Assembly (NCBI GenBank): GCA_028023455.1
Contig: JAQFVV010000007.1
Span: 17,980,001 to 18,044,000 of the forward strand
Direction of reading: 5' to 3'
DNA from: Epiperipatus broadwayi
Lineage: Eukaryota > Animalia > Onychophora
DNA length: 64,000 nucleotides
Positions 48,790-62,089 of this stretch are shown in pieces; positions within the stretch are counted from its first letter, which is position 1; every line of letters starts with the position of its first letter. The notes beneath the pieces are model-generated. The model did no database searches, was not told the DNA's origin, and saw nothing but the letters and a program-made list of their open reading frames with translations. The position numbers were made by a program, and so were the translations under genes.

Positions 48790-49920
48790 GAATATAAAAA
48801 TTGAAACAATTGACATACTAGTGAGGTTTGATGTGGAAAATTTATTGACAAATGTATCACATGGAGAAACATTTATTGTAAGAACCCGATTAAATGAAGG
48901 TAATAGTTTATAAACCAGAACAACTCTTCCTATTGATAGTATAATGAAACTATTAACATTCTGCATAACAAGAATGTACTTCCAATACAATACAGAATTC
49001 TTCCAACAAAATCAAGGGATGATTATGGCCTCACCATTATCATCCCTGATTAGCAATATTTACATGGAAGAACTTGAAATCATAACCATAAAGACTACTC
49101 CATATCCATCTAAACTTTGGCTTCACTATGTTGGTGATACATTTGTTGTATGGCCACATGGTAGACCACTACTACAAAAATTCTGGAACCAACAACATAT
49201 CTCCATTCAATTAAAGTCACTATAGAATTAGAACAAAAACAAAAATTGGCATTCTTAGATGTTCTTGTGATAAAATTTCCTCATGGCAATTCATAATTAT
49301 TGTTTACAGAAAACCCACACGTACAGGAAAATATTCTAGCATATACATTCAATCATACTAAAAACACAAAACATGGAGTTATACTAACACTATGAAACAG
49401 AGCAAAAAAAGTTTGCTGAGAAAAGTGGATTTGAGAAAGAAAAGAGATATTTAGAACAAATCCTTTCATGAAGAATGGTTATCCATCAACTGTCTTTAAG
49501 AAAACCTTAAATAAAAAACAAAAAGAACCATTAAAGGAAAAACAATTATTGGTACTGCAATGTACCCATACATATCAGAAATAGCAAAAAATCCCATCAA
49601 AACAGTTTTTCAGAGCCATAGCACTCTCTGAGGAATTGTAACATATACAATGCCTAAACTTGAAATGCTGAACAGCAAAAATTGCATCTATGAAATACCA
49701 TGTCAATCTTGAAGGATATATATTGATGAGGCCAATCTTTCCAATGAAAAACAATTGCAAGAACACACAGATGATTAGAAAAGAGAAAACAGATGTGTGT
49801 AAAGGAGGAGGTGAATACAAAAATATTGTATAGAGAGAAAAAGTTATATAGAAGACAAGTCAATGAATCTGCTCACATGACAATGGTAAATAGGCCCATA
49901 AGTCAACCTAGTGTGACCAT
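48790..49920 (+). mobile_element. Decayed Penelope-like element ORF (RT plus GIY-YIG)
   Basis: LVRFDVENLLTNV; GMIMASPLSSLISNIYMEELE..P..WLHYVGDTFVVWPHG; LAFLDV; VYRKPT; CIYEIPCQS..IYI. These are PLE-type RT and GIY-YIG motifs with stops and frameshifts. Confidence 0.8.
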
Positions 49921-50029
49921 ACATAATCTCTGGAAACCATTAACTAACTTTGTCATCTTAAGGACAAAGTGAAGAAATCAGGAAGAATCTCAAAGATAAG
50001 TATATGAAATTTCTACTGACTGTTGCTTT

Positions 50030-50290
50030 TAAAAGGATGGTTCAGTTGGTTAGAGATTTACCTTAGAATTCAATACCAAAAATCTAAAACTCCAGGTTTA
50101 GTACTGGGGTCAAGCCAACAACAATCGATGAGAATAATTCCACTCAAAACATTATGTATGTACTAACCCATGTGCTGTTACTAACAGTTGAATGCAATTG
50201 AAAAATTTAAATAAAGTTACATTTTTTCTAAAGTCATTCAATATTTAATGTTAGTTGATGAAAATAGTCCAACGTATAAATATACTCCAT
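50030..50290 (+). mobile_element. Family S repeat downstream of the Penelope ORF (direct repeat of ~48210-48460, pLTR-like)
   Basis: AGGATGGTTCAGTTGGTTAGAG...CCAGGTTT...CAGTTGAATGCAATTGAAAAATTTAAATAAAGTTA. Confidence 0.65.
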
Positions 50291-53200
50291 GACATTGAGG
50301 GGCCAAATATTCTAACATCTAAATGTTAGGTTAAACCTAAAAAATTCTGACAGTTAATTATATGGAAATTGTATTTTTTTAAATAAAAAGGGAGAATATA
50401 TATATGCTTATTTTAAACTGAATATCCAGGAAATATCACTATATTGTTTTTACAATCATTTAGCAATATTAATATTTTCAAGCATACTATCTTTTTTTAT
50501 TGTTATGTATTTTTAAAGTTGAATTCAATTTTTTCACATTTATTATATTATTACAATTTATTGTAAAGATGTTAAACTGCTGCACACACACAACTATGAC
50601 TAGTCTTGCCCAGATAAATACCTGATTGGTTATAACTAAACAATTTTAGGCTAGAATTTGTTGTACCATTTCTAGCCCAAATATATACTGTAATCTTTAA
50701 TTAAATATGAATATATTTATTATTAATAAAATATGACAAAGTGGAATAATTCATTCAACTTAATTCCACTTCTTTCTATATGTAACAATATAATATTACA
50801 TATATTCTAATCACACGAATAAAAATATATGAAAAAGGTACCCCCCCCTCCCGAGATGCATTTCATACTAAAATTCAGCACTCATGATCAAAACATCTCG
50901 CATACCTTTATTAACATTGGTCTGTATGTATCAATATCAAATTATTTATTATAAAATATATATATACCATACACACAATTTGGAATATTTTTAATTAAAT
51001 TAAAAACATTTATGTATTAACCATATTCACATTAATATATATAATCTTGTTTCTGTTAGATGGTTAAAAGACTACTTCTGAATACAAAAACTCCAAAATT
51101 GTTAATATTCTCTTCGAATATAACGTTTAATTACCCTTCAGAAAGGTTTATTGATTCTTTTCTTAGTTCAAGAAAGTCTTTAAATATTTTGTTTAATAGA
51201 AGCGTTTTATTATTTCCACCTACAAAAGGAGTAGGATGTGAGTATAATGGTAAGGAAAAATTATATAAATAACACTCAACAAAAACTTGCCATTGTATTG
51301 TTTTAATTACTTTTGATATGATTAAAATAATAAAGCAACGTATTGAATATTTATTAACAATAGTGGTCATCGTTATTGTTAGAAAACACTCGTAAATGAA
51401 TATTGTCGTATCATAGTCATAAACATGCAAAGAATGTATATAGCTATTTTAGCCATATATTTATGGGTTCTTATACCCTGCTTGGTTTGGGACAGTTGAT
51501 CCCAGGATCGATTCCCGAGCAGTAAAGCCAATAGTATTTTTAAAGTGAGTTTTAATTAAACTATAATTAAAGCATTTAAATACAATTTTTTGGTTAAGAT
51601 TTCTTTTACGCTGTTAATCAAGTTTCACCCCCTTCCTTCCAACATATACATATTTTCAGATTATCTTTTTTATTAGTTTATCCCTCATCTTAATTTTACC
51701 ATACCACAACAATCCATCAGTAGAGAAACTCAGAGCATCCTACGTCACTACAAACAATTTGAACTCTTTATAAACATGGGTTCTAGAGGTATCAACACCT
51801 GAATTTCCATGTGAAATATATGTACATACTGTCTATATATAACCACTGCATGAGTCTACAATATTTATTAAGTTAATCTCATTCTGTCAAACCTCAATTC
51901 ATCATATTTAAAGATAGAAAATAATGACAGTTATGAAAAACATTTACTTTCAGGAATCCATTAATTGTCAGACTAATATAAATAACCCAATTCATATTAT
52001 GCGATGGCACTTTAGTCACTCTGAATTTAAATTCACTTTTATGCAGCTATCTGAAGCATCCCTTTACTGGTTTTGTATTTGTTTGATGATAAAAACTTGA
52101 ACTAATGTATGTTGATTTACTAATTTTCCAAAATCTGAAAATGTTACTATCTTACAGAGAACCTAATACAAATAAATCAAAAACATCCTTCTTATTGTAG
52201 TTTTTTTGTTATCTGCTTCAAAAGCTCTTATGATTACTTATTTTGCATTTAAATTTTAAAAAATGGAAATTGTATATTTTCATAGTTTGTTGATTATTTT
52301 AAAAAAATATTTATTTTTTGACAATATTATGGTTAGATTAAGATTTTATTCAAAAATATGTGTAAAATAATGTAAATCAGAAAGTTGTAATTGGCTGAAA
52401 AAAGGACCATCTCTTGTAACTGTTTGACATACTTTTTAATATTTTTTTAATAGTTATAAGTGTAATTTTAAATTTTGAAATATAAAGTCATTGCATTAAA
52501 TGTTCTTAACAAAATTTACTCAAGTTTTGGAAATGGAGTTCAGGCAAATTTTATTTCATTCAAAATTCATTTTTATTTGCTATTTCAGAATAACAAAAGC
52601 TAATGTTCTAATTACATATTTCAGATTCTTACTTTTTCTATATACTTGCAAAGTTGAAATATTTTTAAAAACATTTTTCATTTATAAAATTATATTTCTA
52701 ACAAATAATTTTAGAATTGTGGAAATACAATGTGGAATAAAGGTCTAATCATTAAAATGAAAAGTTGAAAATATTAACCAAACAACTGCTAGAGTATTTT
52801 AAAAATTGTGCTCAGTTAGTTTAAAATTATAGATGCAAACAATCGAATTAATGTTGACCGATGTAGATACAAATTACAGTTCATATTTTATAACTCTAAA
52901 CATTCTTCACCAATTATTTGCAAAATGTGTGTCTATATATAATTTTAATATTTTATTATAATTACATATATTGATTGTTTTGAAGACCAGGCTTAACTTA
53001 GGTATTTGCACATCTTTTATAATTATATTCTGTAACAATATCAATTTTGATGTCTATATGATTTAATGAAATGCAAAAGGAGCAGACTTTGGGGCTCAAG
53101 ATCTATGGACCACAACTCACTCTGCCACTTTCAGTGTGGAACTTCTTATAATTTCTCATATAGTAAACCATTCTATTTATTTTTTGATTTTAATTTAACA

Positions 53201-53326
53201 AATAACAAAACATAAGTAAAAAAATCTTTACCATATTTATTCAAAATTTTATAAATTTTAATTTGTACAGTTTGGAAAAAGTATTTCTCATTTGTTTTGT
53301 GCACATTTATATGCTAAGTACCCTGA

Positions 53327-53445
53327 ATGGTGTGGTGCAGTGGGTAGAGGGTCTGATTTGGAATCAGGAGGTTCCCACATTTGATTCTGCCACTCACAGT
53401 TCTGGCACTTGAAATTTTTATGGATTCCTGAGAAATAAAGCCATA
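53327..53445 (+). mobile_element. tRNA-derived SINE head (decayed) with tail matching the 53672 tandem unit
   Basis: A-box-like TGGTGCAGTGG, decayed B-box TTTGATTC, tail CTTGAAATTTT..TCCTGA..AATAAA.CCAT. Confidence 0.5.
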
Positions 53446-53671
53446 GGTGTTATTATAGCATCACCTTTTTATAAATAAAATACTTCTACTAGCACTGAGC
53501 ATGCACGCATGTTGTGTGTATAGATGGTAAAATGGAAAAATTTCTCAAAACTTTATGAATCTTGACTAAGTTTAGCACAATATCAAATTCAACATCTCCT
53601 TTTTATGTAATGAAATAAATATTGTAACAATAAAAGATAATAAATGCAAAATAGAATAAATCAGACATTCA

Positions 53672-54450
53672 GAGTTCCCAGCATGCTTTGCTGCATTGGT
53701 AGAAGGGCAGACTCTGGAGCTCAAAATCCATTGATCACAACCAGCTTGATCACTTTTGATGCTTGAATTTCTTGTGAACTCCTGAATAATAAACCATTCA
53801 ATTACAATATTCTTTCTGAGTTCCCAGCATGCTTTGCTGCAGTGGCAGACTGGAACTCAAGGTCCATGAATTGCAGCCCAGCTCTATCACTTTTGATACT
53901 TGAATTTCTTATGAACTCCTGAATAATAAACCATTCAATTACTACATTTTGTCTGAGTTCCCAGCATGCTTTGCTGCAATGGTAGATTGGCAGATGCTGG
54001 AGCTGAAGGTCCATTGATCACAACCAGCTCTATCACTTTTGACACTTAAACTTCTTGTGATCTCTTGGAAATACACTCAAGCTAAACTCTCCATACAGTA
54101 GCACCACTCAGTGCAAGACAGAGTAATCAATGGATGCAGGAAGGTTTGTGCATAAAATCGATATTTTGTGCCTACTCATCCAATATGGCTACTCATCCAA
54201 TATCCCCAGATTAGTTTCTAGCTTGTGATTTGCACTGAGTGCTGCTACTGTATGGAGAGTGTAGCCTCTGGGTAAACAGCTTGTGTAAGCATAAAGAATG
54301 GTGATCATGTGATGTTTAGTGGAACTCTTGAATAAACCATTCAATTACTACATATTTTGAGTTCCCAGCATACTTTGTTACAGTGGAAGAGTAGCAGTCT
54401 TTGGAGCTCCACATCCATGGATTGCAGTGACAGAGTGGCAGACTTATAGC
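53672..54450 (+). repeat. Tandem ~140-bp units (starts 53672, 53818, 53955; partial at 54359 after an insertion)
   Basis: GAGTTCCCAGCATGCTTTGCTGCA...AATAAACCATTCAATTAC; related dispersed copies at ~31090, ~53080, ~55000 and ~59790. Confidence 0.8.
54081..54265. mobile_element. Fold-back/MITE-like element (36-bp arms); relatives at ~59335-59565 and ~55300-55640
   Basis: GCTAAACTCTCCATACAGTAGCACCACTCAGTGCAA versus TTGCACTGAGTGCTGCTACTGTATGGAGAGTGTAGC. Confidence 0.75.
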
Positions 54451-55299
54451 CTGATGTTGTCACTTCTGGCTCCTTACATTGTTATATGGGAATTGAAAAA
54501 GTGACGTCATTATATAAGATCTATTTTACTTACAATTTGCTTATTTGTATTTCACATTTATTTTAAAATGCAATCAGTTTTTATTAGTTTTTTTAAAATT
54601 TTTTTGAGTCCAAATCTAATGACTCTTAGTGTTAATCTACTCTATAATTGATCGGTAGGCTGTATGTAGGTTGAGACTAAAAATTATTTTAAATAACCAA
54701 AATATATTCTTTAAAAAGTCACAATGATGTATTGTATTTAGAAAATACAGTTTTTAAAATAATTATTTTTCAAATGATGAATAAAACACTTGGAATCACG
54801 AGATAAAAGTAATTTAGGTTATAAATATAATTTAAAATATATACGAGATATGAGCTACTATTTGAGGGATTGCATAAAGTGGCTTGTTAAGCCCCCCCCC
54901 CTTTATTCCATATGAAGAATATGGATTTTTTTAAAATTCTTATATGCTATGTACTATATATTATAGCCTTTCAATGCATTATTTGGTGTAGAAAAGTGTG
55001 TCAGACTCCTAATCTCAAAATCCATGGATGCCAACCCATTTAAACTTTTTTTAATGAATTTCCAATCAATAAACCATTCAATTGTTTACTTTTTAATGAT
55101 CAATTGAAGCTTTCTGACGTCTTCAGACTTTATCTCGATGATTATTAAAAGCTATGAAATTGTTAATGTTAAAAAGAAATATGCTCTATTTTGTAAATAT
55201 AATACCCTATAAATATATTAGATGTTTACCCGTTTCTTTAATTGGAATGTATAAATAAACCAATAAAATATCATATGACATTCATATGACTTTAGCTTA

Positions 55300-55640
55300 C
55301 ATATATGCTGTTTTAGGGATATACTTTTTCACATTCCTTATATTCCTTATTGTAAGCGTTAGAAGGCAATAATAGTCATCAGATGACAATCCTTAATAAA
55401 TCCATATCCCATGCTTTAGTATTGAAAATCCCAGATTAGTTTTAAGCTTTTGACTTTTCATTAGTAAGGAGTTTTGGATCTTGGAACAGTGCAACTGAAA
55501 ACTAATCTGGGGATTTTGGATAGAAAAGCACAAGATAGGAATTTACTAATCACTGCCTCCTAGTAACTATTATTGCTTTCTAAATTTTTACAATAAATAG
55601 CATAAAGGTGAAAAACTGTATTACTAGGATGTATATATAT
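55300..55640. repeat. Degenerate nested inverted repeat
   Basis: AATCCCAGATTAGTTTT (55427-43) / AAAACTAATCTGGGGATT (55498-515); outer TTAGAAGGCAATAATAGT / ACTATTATTGCTTTCTAA. Confidence 0.6.
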
Positions 55641-55870
55641 GAAATCTAATCAAAGCTAGCTGACTTGATTTTCATTAATATGTTTAATTAAGTTTTTTTG
55701 AAACATGAATATATGAAAGTCTATCCAAGATTAGTCTTTGCCCTAATACTTATCAAAATTAAAGTCTTATACCTATTATTCTTGACTTCAGTATCTACTA
55801 TAAATAAATATTGGTTTTATTTTGATATAATTACAACAGCCAAATAATTTTAAAATAGAAAATCTGTTTC

Positions 55871-56162
55871 ATGGGATTATATATTGCTTGTAATAACTTT
55901 TTTCATATACACTTCAATGCAAAAATTTTTTTAAATGAAACTTTTTTATTTTTTGAAAAGCAGAGGAAGTTTGAGAAAGTTCTGATGAAGACTGCTGGAC
56001 AGTCGAAACTGTCAGGAAAATAAAGAAATTTTATTAAAAAAAATTTTTGCATTCAAGTGTATATGAAAGAAGTTATTATAAGCAATATATATGAATATAT
56101 AAAAAAATGTAAAGAAAGTAAAATAGAAGAATAAGAGTATATACTTTTTTTTATGGGATTAT
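55871..56162 (+). ncRNA. Family P hairpin element with canonical hammerhead core
   Basis: Arms 55878-55934 / 56034-56091. CUGAUGA(55982-88) A GACUG-CUGGA-CAGUC GAAA(56005-08) CU GUC(56011-13), then AATAAA. A 10-bp direct repeat ATGGGATTAT lies at 55871-80 and 56153-62. Confidence 0.75.
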
Positions 56163-57254
56163 TTGCTCATTGTAAGAATTCTTCATACTAGATAGATAAT
56201 AAACAATCTTTTTAAATTAAGTGTCATAGCTTTATCTCAAACATAAAACATATACTATATACACTAATAATTTTAATATCCCAAAAATAACAGCTAATAT
56301 ATATATATATATAACTTGAAAATGATTCCACCTTTATTGTTAAAAGGAGGTTGTCTGGACAACAGTTTGAGATGGTTGATTGTTATCTATATTGGGATTG
56401 TCTAAGTGTTGACTGGTTTCTAATGGATAATAATATTTATACAGAAATCAACTCCAAAACAGCATACTATAATAACTCACAAGTCTGATTTACTAAGATG
56501 ATTTTAAGTAACTATTAACTTACCAGAAAGTAATAAATTAAAGGCAATATTAATCTCAAATATTTGAATAAATGGTTGGAGATGTTAATACAACTTAAGG
56601 TACACTTTCAGTGCTGAGCACTCTTGTCAGAAACAGCTGTTGCCTTTGACAAAGAAGCATTGAAGATGTGATAAGATTGTATTAGCAATTTCAATATTTT
56701 CTCCAAATACATAGTATTAATATAGTCTATGAGTCATTAGCCATTTTTTATCTCATTGGTAGATAAGCATTGACATGAGAGATGGACTTGTTAGAAAGTT
56801 TGTTAAACTTTTGTTAAGTTTGATATGTGGATTCAGAATTTATTTATCCATAAATATACTATTTACATATAAAGATTAAAGATAAAACAGCCTTAAATGG
56901 CTGAGTGCAGTCAAAACAATCTCCAGTATTTCTCCCCTAAAGAAAATCAAAACCTATAGAAGAAATTACTCACAAACTGAACAACTGATTTTTGGTTAAA
57001 GGATATATATATATTATATTTCTTGATTTACTCTCTAACAGATATTCATCTACAGAACAATAATTAAATAGCTTGTTAGATTGTCTATTACAAAGTTAAA
57101 ATAAATTCTAAGGTTGTTAGGAAATTCTTAGCTGCCTGAAAAAATTTTCACATTTTATCCAGACTCAAACCCAGGTTATGATCATGGAAAGCAGATGCAA
57201 TAAACTACGAGGTAATTAATGAATATATTATAGACAGAATAAAACTTTTAAATC

Positions 57255-57480
57255 ATTATCATCAGTATTTTAACCATTATCAATCCACTGCAAGAAAGTC
57301 CCTCCATGTTTAATCCCATTTTCTCATTTCATAGCTTTCTTCGCATCATACCAACATCTTCTTTATTCCATTCATTCATCTGTAAAGTGGTCTCTTTTTA
57401 GGTCTTTTACAATAATCTCGAAATCCACTTTAAGATGCAACAATATACCTATTATCTTTTCTATCCATATGTCTAACTCC
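57255..57480 (-). mobile_element. RTE 3'-end remnant
   Basis: AACCATTATCAATCCACTGCAAG...GTGGTCTCTTTT similar to 33287-33500. Confidence 0.65.
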
Positions 57481-59689
57481 AGCTGTTTTATAAAAGTAAA
57501 AGTATAGTATAAGAATTAAAAGCAAATGAATATTTATATAATGTATTTTGACTAGTTTATTACATTTCTTCAGAATCCCCCCCCCCCCAAGAAAACATAC
57601 GAAATTATTCACCAGAAAAAGATAGAAACTATTACTTTGTGAGAAGCAAAGATTTTTTTCTAACAATTTTATCTTAACTACATGAGATGAAAAGTACTAA
57701 TTTGATAAAACAATTTTCTGATCTTTACTTTGGTGCTCAACTGTCCGATCTTCTGATGGCTAATCTTACAATAACAGTTACATAAATGTATATGCAGATT
57801 CTATAATACATTGTATAGTATATTTTTTTGCAGTAGCTTTCTGTTTTGCCAAACATTCCTCTGTCAGATATCACAAGAGAAGTTGTAATACAGGAAATGA
57901 ATAAAAAATTGCTATGCAGAGCGAACTTCCCATTTCATCATTTTATTCAAATCAAGATTCCCTTTTCAATGTTCACCCAATAACTCTATAATAAAATAAT
58001 TGTGCCATAGAAATGGAATTCTTCAAACATTTTCTCCTGGAATTAATAATAAAGACAGTTCGATTTGATCTTCCTACGTGCAAGGAAATTTTATCAATAG
58101 ATTCGGAACAACTCAAGTTGTACTCATCTGCTTCATAAATGATATTTAACAGCTTCTATATAAAAGTGGATAACAACAAATCATTTACCACATTGTTAAT
58201 GACTATTGTATTCGAGGCTAAACAGAATTGAAGGCTTTAATAAAGTCGTTATTGAATCTATCTCCTGATTGGAATCTCTATGGGTTTTTCTATGATATAT
58301 TGTTAATAAATAAATTAACTAAAAAAAAAATCCATACGATAAATAAATACAGCATATGTTTTAAATGTAATAATAAAATATTGATTTATGTATGAATATA
58401 GAAGTTTTATAAATGAATTAAATATTTAATAAATAAACCATAAATGATTTCAGTTTTACTGTACAATTTTAAATATAAATGAATTCCTTCTATTTAAAAT
58501 TTCAAACTTACGATGAAAACGTATAAAGTTAAAAGCTTCTAGTTTGATTTTTTATTCATCGTATTTTTCTATTCATGCATTATTTAATCGTTCTTAAAGT
58601 GTATATATATATGCACGCACACATACATGCATTTACGGAATTCAGAAAAACCGAAAGAATATGTTTTTAAACGAAATTATATTTTGTCATATTGTTTTTA
58701 TTTGTCATTTTTCTTCATATCCTGAATTATTTTTATTGATTATATCTAATTTTTGATGAATTTAACACATGCGTCCATAAGAGTGCTGGTCCCATAGATG
58801 AGGTGGGAGGCACCTGCATCAAGCGCCAAATTCAAATAGGTCCTAAAACGAATCAGTAAATGTTTTTATTTTATATATATTTCTTATCACATTTATTGCT
58901 TTGTTCATTAGAGTAATTTAAATAAGACGTCAGTAATTTTAAAATGCATCCATTTAAGGCTTGCTTTAAGCATGAAAACGAATCTGCCAGGCCTTGGGTA
59001 TATATAAATATAAGCTGATCTATTACAAAAAAATATATTTGGCTGTTTTCCCAGGAGAATAAGTGGTGTTTTAGCACTAATGTGACATATTGAGTGCAGC
59101 AGTTCTAGTCAGTTGGCCAAAGTTCTTCAGATAGGAGTCAACCCAGAAACATTAGTTTTTAAATTCACCATTCTCAACTCTGTATGCCTTACATGGTCTA
59201 TAAAAGTTGGTGGAATTATGGAACTAACAGTTTCTAAACTGAAACATCCTACATTTCTGGTCCTTAAATGTTACATGGTATTCTGAACCATTTGATTATT
59301 TTATTACTATATCTGTGTATCATAAGATAAACAGTAGCAAACTCTATACAGTAGTGCCATACAGCACAAGCCTTAGTAATCATGAATGCAAGATGGTTTG
59401 TGCTTAAAATCGCTATCTTGTGCCTACTCATTCAATAAGCTTTCAGATCCACTGCTTTTCACTGATGAAAGCCATAACAGTTGGGAGATATTGGATGAAT
59501 AGGCCCTAGTTAGAGATTTTATGCAAAAATCTTTTTGCATTTATTAATTACTAAGGCTTGCACTGGTGCTATCATTTAAACAGCTTGCGTAGACATAAGT
59601 AAATGGTGATCATGTGATATTTTAGTGGTTCTATCATAGGATGTATGTAATCATTCAAGAGAATAATAATTAACTATTGGAAAGGCCAT

Positions 59690-59900
59690 CATCTTCTCCA
59701 GTGCTTATGATACTTGGCTTTTACTCATGAGATCCAGGTTTGATTCCTGGCATGGGAATATCAATTTTGCCCTGCATATTTTGATGGCATGGTAGAGTAG
59801 TGGAATCTGGAGTTCCAAGATCTATGAATTGTGACTCCAGCATTTACTTCCAGTGCTCGAATTTATTAATGAACTCCTACCAATAAGCCATTTGATTATT
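59690..59900 (+). mobile_element. tRNA(Glu)-like SINE, CpG-decayed
   Basis: CCAGGTTTGATTCCTGGCATGGGAA matches the tRNA T-arm/acceptor end CCGGGTTCGATTCCCGG..GGGAA after CpG decay; the tail resembles the 53672 unit. Confidence 0.5.
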
Positions 59901-61675
59901 TTTTCTTCTGTTTTTCATTTCTGCTTTTTCCTCAAAAAGTAAGATTTGGTTTATTTGCCCATTTTTATTTAGTAATAATTGCTCTATATATTTAAATAAT
60001 ATATGTTTATATATAAAATCAAAGAATAAAATATACTATACAAGGAAAAGCTCTTTTCAACATTTCTCCACACAGAAATGGGAAAAATTATAATACTTCT
60101 AAATTAACTTAGAATAATCAATTTTCTAAATGGTAAAAATTTTCATTATTTTTTTTTCTGTTCTGTTCTCTGGCTAAAAATAAATAGATTTATATATGGA
60201 CAAATTTATTGTGGGCTGATTATCTTAAAAAAATTGGAAGATTGTTTGAAAATCGTAAGTTTGCCAAATGTTTCAGTTCCATACAGATTTGAATCCTAAG
60301 TCATGGGAATTGAAACAATCATATTTATCACTCTACAGTAAGATTTTTTTATAGCTATACCAACAGCAGTGTTTGATCTCTCACATGCTTCCAAGAATGG
60401 TTATTTTCATTATATTCTAAAAAACCTTCTGTAAACTTGAGTAATCAATGGACCATAAAGACATTAGTTTTAGTCTTGAATTTTAATCATGAGAGAAAAA
60501 GCCAAAGCCAAATTAAAAATGGGATTTATATCAATATATCTTCTGGTATCCACCATTTACCCAAATTTATGGTAGATGGTTCTAGACTTATGCTAACAAG
60601 GCAGAAATGAAGTGATGACAATCAGTTCCTTTGTTCTTTCCAATACTTTATACAGTTAATAGGTTATTTCCCAATTCTCTATTGAGTATAATGGTAGTCT
60701 TTGACAATGGCTCTTCATACCAAAAATGTGCTAATGTTATATTCAATGTTTTCAGTAATTTACCAGTGCATGAATATTATCTTTAATTTATTATGTGTGG
60801 GTTGTAATTACCATGTGATTATTTATGTAATAAAGGAACATCTCTGGGATATTTACTATTATACATCATCATTATGAATTCCAGTATTTGCTATTTATTA
60901 GTTTATAACTAAAAAAAGACATATTCTTATCAAATACATAATTATTAGTTTTAAGTGACACAGTTGTTTCCTGAAGACAAAATGCGTATGTGTGTGTGTG
61001 TGTATGTCAGTACTGATTCTCTTCATTTATAATCATAACAGGAACAAAAATACATTATGATTTTCTTAACCAGGAGGCTGAAAAATCATTAACCAATGTA
61101 GCAGTTATGAAATGAAAGCAGAGAATATTAAGAATTACAGCTTTCAATCTAAGCTGCTATTCAATAAGGATTTTTTTAATTTAGAGATTTATAGCTATAT
61201 TTCACTTTTGATTAAAGAAAGATTGCATGAATTAATAATCTAATAGCAAATAGGTCATTATCCAGAAGAAAAAAATGATAAAGAGTTATATAATTTGAAA
61301 ATGTCAATGTAATTTATTACAAAGCAGTGGAAGCAAAAATGTAGTGCACTTTATTGTAAATATAAAATAAAAGAACAATGTTTGAAGATTGTTATTGTAT
61401 CAAACTGTTGATATCTCACCTTGTCTTCAAATAATAGACTAATCCAGATTCAAACGTATCTTGATCAAATTGAGCATTCATCACTTTGGAACAATAGATA
61501 TACAATACATAATGTCCAATGATGAGAATGGAAACCAATAATTTATGATGCTTATTGAATCTGATTGTTATTATGGACGAGAATTTGGCTGTAAATAGTC
61601 AATCCATTTGAATAAAGTAAGTCAACAACTGTCAAAGCTGAATGCCAGTATAAACATCCACTATATGGCTGAACA

Positions 61676-61795
61676 ATGAGGCAAAGCTCACAGAACTGGA
61701 AACTGCTAGATATAAACCAGACATGAGGCAAACTGTCACAGAACAGTCAGAAGTGAACCATACCTACTCATGAGGCAATCTGTCACAGTACAACT
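61676..61795 (+). repeat. Three ~20-bp motifs at an exact 47-bp period with dissimilar spacers
   Basis: ATGAGGCAAAGCTCACAGAAC (61676), ATGAGGCAAACTGTCACAGAAC (61723), ATGAGGCAATCTGTCACAGTAC (61770). Confidence 0.7.
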
Positions 61796-62089
61796 GCAAG
61801 TGGTAGGTAAACTTATAAGGGCACCTAAAATTTGTTCCTTCTGTAGTTGCATAGAAACTACACACTATACTAAGCCAACAATATCAGGTAAAGGTATAAC
61901 TTTGTATATAGTTTAAATATGTATTTTATATTTGTTTCATTAATAAATATTAATCATATGTCACACGTTTGTGTTTATATATAAATCTTGCAATAAACAC
62001 TACACAAAGTAGCATCATTAATCCTTTTACTTAATGGAAAATATTAACTAAATGCAGACTATTCATGTTGATATCCCAACGATTCTTAT

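Noticed and set aside
53327-53400. tRNA gene candidate (also 59701-59760 and 48220-48290)
   Set aside because: Cloverleaf arms do not pair and the B-box is decayed; treated as SINE heads.
58013-58138. 41-aa ORF (MEFFKHFLLELIIKTVRFDLPTCKE...) after a TAG-AA-ATG context
   Set aside because: No homology recognised, no donor site; length within chance expectation.
59100-59135. Minus-strand CTGAAGA...TTGGCCAA...GAAC
   Set aside because: No convincing helix II or GAAA.
61676-61795. CRISPR-like repeat-spacer pattern
   Set aside because: Eukaryotic context, only three imperfect repeats, no cas genes; kept only as a periodic-motif finding.
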